A stretch of DNA of 64,000 bases from Candidatus Latescibacterota bacterium (GTDB lineage: Bacteria > Latescibacterota > UBA2968 > UBA8231), in the NCBI GenBank assembly GCA_965203175.1, contig OZ241867.1, positions 4,544,001-4,608,000 of the forward strand, given 5' to 3'. Made by a program: the position numbers and the translations under genes. The notes under the pieces are model-generated. The model did no database searches. It was not told the origin of the DNA and saw only the letters and a program-made list of their open reading frames with translations. Shown in pieces: positions 61,601 to 64,000 of the stretch (its first letter is position 1; the number at the start of each line of letters is the position of its first letter).

Positions 61601-64000
61601 ACGCATACCCCTCGCTCTCAGCAGCATACGTCGCATCCGCCGACAGCGTACCTGAAATCGTCCGCGTCGCGCTATCATAGCTCAGACCCTCCGGCAACTC
61701 CCCAGCCAACTCATACGTCACCTCGCCGTTGCCACCCGAAGCCGAAGGCAACACCCAAGGATCGATCGTCTGCCCTTCGGCAAAGGTGACCTGACTTGAC
61801 ACGGTTTCGTCAAAGCGAGGGATACCATCCACCCGAATCGTGAACACCAACGGGGCCGGCTCTTCGCCATCGACATCCGCCACCCGATACGTCACCGTAT
61901 ATCCGTCAAAGGTATACCACGCAAACTCCGGCGGCGTACCCGAAATCGTCCGAGTCCCCGGATCAAACGACAGCCCCGCAGGCAACTCCCCATCCAAGCG
62001 ATACGTCCTCGCCACATTCCCACCTTCCGCCTCCGGCAACTCCAAGCTCACCGCCTCGCCCGCCGTATACGGCTGATCGTCCTGCTCCTGGACGAAGCTG
62101 GGGATGCCATTCACCCGAATCGAGAAGGTCAACGTCACAGTATCGCCATCCACATCCGTCACCCGATACGTGAACCCATAGGACTCATCATACGTCACAT
62201 CCGTCGGCGGCGTACCTGAAATCGTCCGCGCCACGCCATCAAACGAAAGACCCGCAGGCAACTCCCCTTCCAACGTATACGTCAAACCGTTATTCCCACC
62301 GACCGCTTCCGGCAAACCTAAGCTCACCTCATTGCCCGCCTCATACAACTGGTCGTCTACAACCTGAGCGTGGAAGCTGGGCATACCATGTATCACAATC
62401 GTGAATTCCAAAACGGCCGGCGCATCGCCATCCTGATCCGTCACCTGATACGTCAACGCATACCCCTCGCTCTCAGCAGCATACGTCGCATCCGCCGACA
62501 GCGTACCTGAAATCGTCCGCGTCGCGCTATCATAGCTCAGACCCTCCGGCAACTCCCCAGCCAACTCATACGTCACCTCGCCGTTGCCACCCGAAGCCGA
62601 AGGCAACACCCAAGGATCGATCGTCTGCCCTTCGGCAAAGGTGACCTGACTTGACACGGTTTCGTCAAAGCGAGGGATACCATCCACCCGAATCGTGAAC
62701 ACCAACGGGGCCGGCTCTTCGCCATCGACATCCGCCACCCGATACGTCACCGTATATCCGTCAAAGGTATACCACGCAAACTCCGGCGGCGTACCCGAAA
62801 TCGTCCGAGTCCCCGGATCAAACGACAGCCCCGCAGGCAACTCCCCATCCAAGCGATACGTCCTCGCCACATTCCCACCTTCCGCCTCCGGCAACTCCAA
62901 GCTCACCGCCTCGCCCGCCGTATACGGCTGATCGTCCTGCTCCTGGACGAAGCTGGGGATGCCATTCACCCGAATCGAGAAGGTCAACGTCACAGTATCG
63001 CCATCCACATCCGTCACCCGATACGTGAACCCATAGGACTCATCATACGTCACATCCGTCGGCGGCGTACCTGAAATCGTCCGCGCCACGCCATCAAACG
63101 AAAGACCCGCAGGCAACTCCCCTTCCAACGTATACGTCAAACCGTTATTCCCACCGACCGCTTCCGGCAAACCTAAGCTCACCTCATTGCCCGCCTCATA
63201 CAACTGGTCGTCTACAACCTGAGCGTGGAAGCTGGGCATACCATGCACCACGATCGTGAATTCCAAAACGGCCGGCGCATCGCCATCCTGATCCGTCACC
63301 TGATACGTCAACGCATACCCCTCGCTCTCAGCAGCATACGTCGCATCCGCCGACAGCGTACCTGAAATCGTCCGCGTCGCGCTATCATAGCTCAGACCCT
63401 CCGGCAACTCCCCAGCCAACTCATACGTCACCTCGCCGTTGCCACCCGAAGCCGAGGGCAACACCCAAGGATCGATCGTCTGCCCTTCGGCAAAAGTGAC
63501 TTGACTCGACACGGCTTCGTCAAAGCGAGGGATACCATCCACCCGAATCGTGAACACCAACGGGGCCGGCTCTTCGCCATCGACATCCGCCACCCGATAC
63601 GTCACCGTATACCCGTCAAAGGTATACCACGCAAACTCCGGCGGCGTACCCGAAATCGTCCGAGTCCCCGGATCAAACGACAGCCCCGCAGGCAACTCCC
63701 CATCCAAGCGATACGTCCTCGCCACATTCCCACCTTCCGCCTCCGGCAACTCCAAGCTCACCGCCTCGCCCGCCGTATACGGCTGGTCGTCCTGCTCCCG
63801 GACGAAGCTGGGGATGCCATTCACCCGAATCGAGAAGGTCAACGTCACAGTATCGCCATCCACATCCGTCACCCGATACGTGAACCCATAGGACTCATCA
63901 TACGTCACATCCGTCGGCGGCGTACCTGAAATCGTCCGCGCCACGCCATCAAACGAAAGACCCGCAGGCAACTCCCCTTCCAACGTATACGTCAAACCGT
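58683..64000 (-). CDS. giant putative-Ig (He_PIG/cadherin-like) repeat autotransporter (5' end outside window)
   Basis: Many ~95-aa units with LPxGLSFD...TISGT and DxDGD; C-terminal beta-barrel-type sequence ending RGRLVF; frame open to the window edge. Confidence 0.9.
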   Translation of the reverse strand, partial: GLTYTLEGELPAGLSFDGVARTISGTPPTDVTYDESYGFTYRVTDVDGDTVTLTFSIRVNGIPSFVREQDDQPYTAGEAVSLELPEAEGGNVARTYRLDGELPAGLSFDPGTRTISGTPPEFAWYTFDGYTVTYRVADVDGEEPAPLVFTIRVDGIPRFDEAVSSQVTFAEGQTIDPWVLPSASGGNGEVTYELAGELPEGLSYDSATRTISGTLSADATYAAESEGYALTYQVTDQDGDAPAVLEFTIVVHGMPSFHAQVVDDQLYEAGNEVSLGLPEAVGGNNGLTYTLEGELPAGLSFDGVARTISGTPPTDVTYDESYGFTYRVTDVDGDTVTLTFSIRVNGIPSFVQEQDDQPYTAGEAVSLELPEAEGGNVARTYRLDGELPAGLSFDPGTRTISGTPPEFAWYTFDGYTVTYRVADVDGEEPAPLVFTIRVDGIPRFDETVSSQVTFAEGQTIDPWVLPSASGGNGEVTYELAGELPEGLSYDSATRTISGTLSADATYAAESEGYALTYQVTDQDGDAPAVLEFTIVIHGMPSFHAQVVDDQLYEAGNEVSLGLPEAVGGNNGLTYTLEGELPAGLSFDGVARTISGTPPTDVTYDESYGFTYRVTDVDGDTVTLTFSIRVNGIPSFVQEQDDQPYTAGEAVSLELPEAEGGNVARTYRLDGELPAGLSFDPGTRTISGTPPEFAWYTFDGYTVTYRVADVDGEEPAPLVFTIRVDGIPRFDETVSSQVTFAEGQTIDPWVLPSASGGNGEVTYELAGELPEGLSYDSATRTISGTLSADATYAAESEGYALTYQVTDQDGDAPAVLEFTIVIHGMPSFHAQVVDDQLYEAGNEVSLGLPEAVGGNGALTYTLEGELPPDLSFDGAARTISGTLPADYLYLAEGYGLTYRVTDVDGDAVTLRFTIAVNGIPSFGDQVVEDQQYTVGEAVSLELPEAVGGNVALTYFLDGELPPGLAFNPTARTISGELSPNVSYSPEAYALTYRVADVDGEEPAPLTFTVSVNGMPFFEGAITNQWVPEGEEMAPLELPAALGGNGELTYSLSEENLPPGLAFDATSRTISGTPELHVSHPAEGYELTFRVEDQDGDSAELSFFLTVDGNPTFFDAVIEDRILRQNEAMDSWEFPAAAGGNGDLTYSLDMNVPGLSFDAAARTLSGTPTHTGVYRLVYQVEDQDGDSAELTFHITVDGAPSFSGDVANQTYIDGEAIEDLVLPLASGGNLLSLNPDGEVDFGELTYTLDNVPPGLTFDPNPMSPMLSGTPTEVGTYTLTYTAHDSDDNMTAEDAAILSFEVRVEESATDRFSELNKQILSKYALAIADGTNRAIENRLEHMDRAGDVNRSFSFAAESTLHDLIQSGRIFENRPVNMSQVVNGSSFAVPFGFGRGCVICPGSPTFWGRGDYGQMSSDDGSLDWEGNLSRAQIGLDARPGAEMLTGLALSWAQGSFDYTAPLLGEERVDGTYETRMLSLHPYVGFSPGRLGVWLTAGLGRGNLDIDDQQGTVGQQSSDTSLRTGSVGASGDLLSGGPTQLRIKAAATVAQVEVEGGAVENGQGNRIAEETVSANRLRLALKASHAYEAGMDGQVTPELEVALRQDGGDGLTGSGVEVGGGLRYEGGGFTLEAMGRSLVSDGNDEAEYKEWGAHLLLQRSAGTGGRGLSLRVMPTYGTQANSLTLWERSVAEIADRGVANAQGQLRAEVGYGLAALGGRGVYTVYSGMTQAPERMQLRLGTRFEVDSAMSVSLESSRWQRMAGASHGLLLRGRLVF
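61437..64000. repeat. 855-bp tandem repeat, three near-identical copies in window
   Basis: GTCAAACCGT ends at 62290, 63145 and 64000; antisense ORFs recur at 61840, 62695 and 63550. Confidence 0.95.

Noticed and set aside
61437-64000. CRISPR array or DGR template/variable repeat
   Set aside because: The repeats are in-frame 855-bp coding units without spacers; no cas or reverse transcriptase gene, and the differences are not adenine-specific.

Overview
Gene-dense, GC-rich bacterial chromosome segment. I see no CRISPR array, rRNA, transposase or prophage. Gene content suggests an FCB-group organism such as Latescibacterota, possibly host-associated; this is inference, based on short RpoD-type sigmas, a FlgD-Ig-tailed secreted protein, several PhyH/Gfo/enolase enzymes and alternative complex III. 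Housekeeping genes include trxA, holA, rph, smpB, argG, mdh, hemW, lepA, two sigma-70 paralogs and four tRNAs (Leu-CAG, Arg-CCT, Lys-TTT, Tyr-GTA). A 12-kb operon encodes alternative complex III plus an A2-type caa3 oxidase. There is also a sugar-acid catabolic block, and the 3' part of a giant Ig-repeat autotransporter with near-identical 855-bp repeats. Best candidates for novelty: (1) a TonB-less ExbB/ExbD-like ion-motor pair coupled to a C-terminally anchored secreted protein and converging on two coiled-coil envelope genes (40.9-44.9 kb); (2) an AI-2E transporter, missed by the ORF track, with an apparently circularly permuted Ig-like insert; (3) a DnaC/IstB-like ATPase embedded in the smpB-rph operon; (4) a PhyH-family enzyme with a halogenase-like H-x-A motif. 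Family calls come from motif recognition by eye; no database searches were run.
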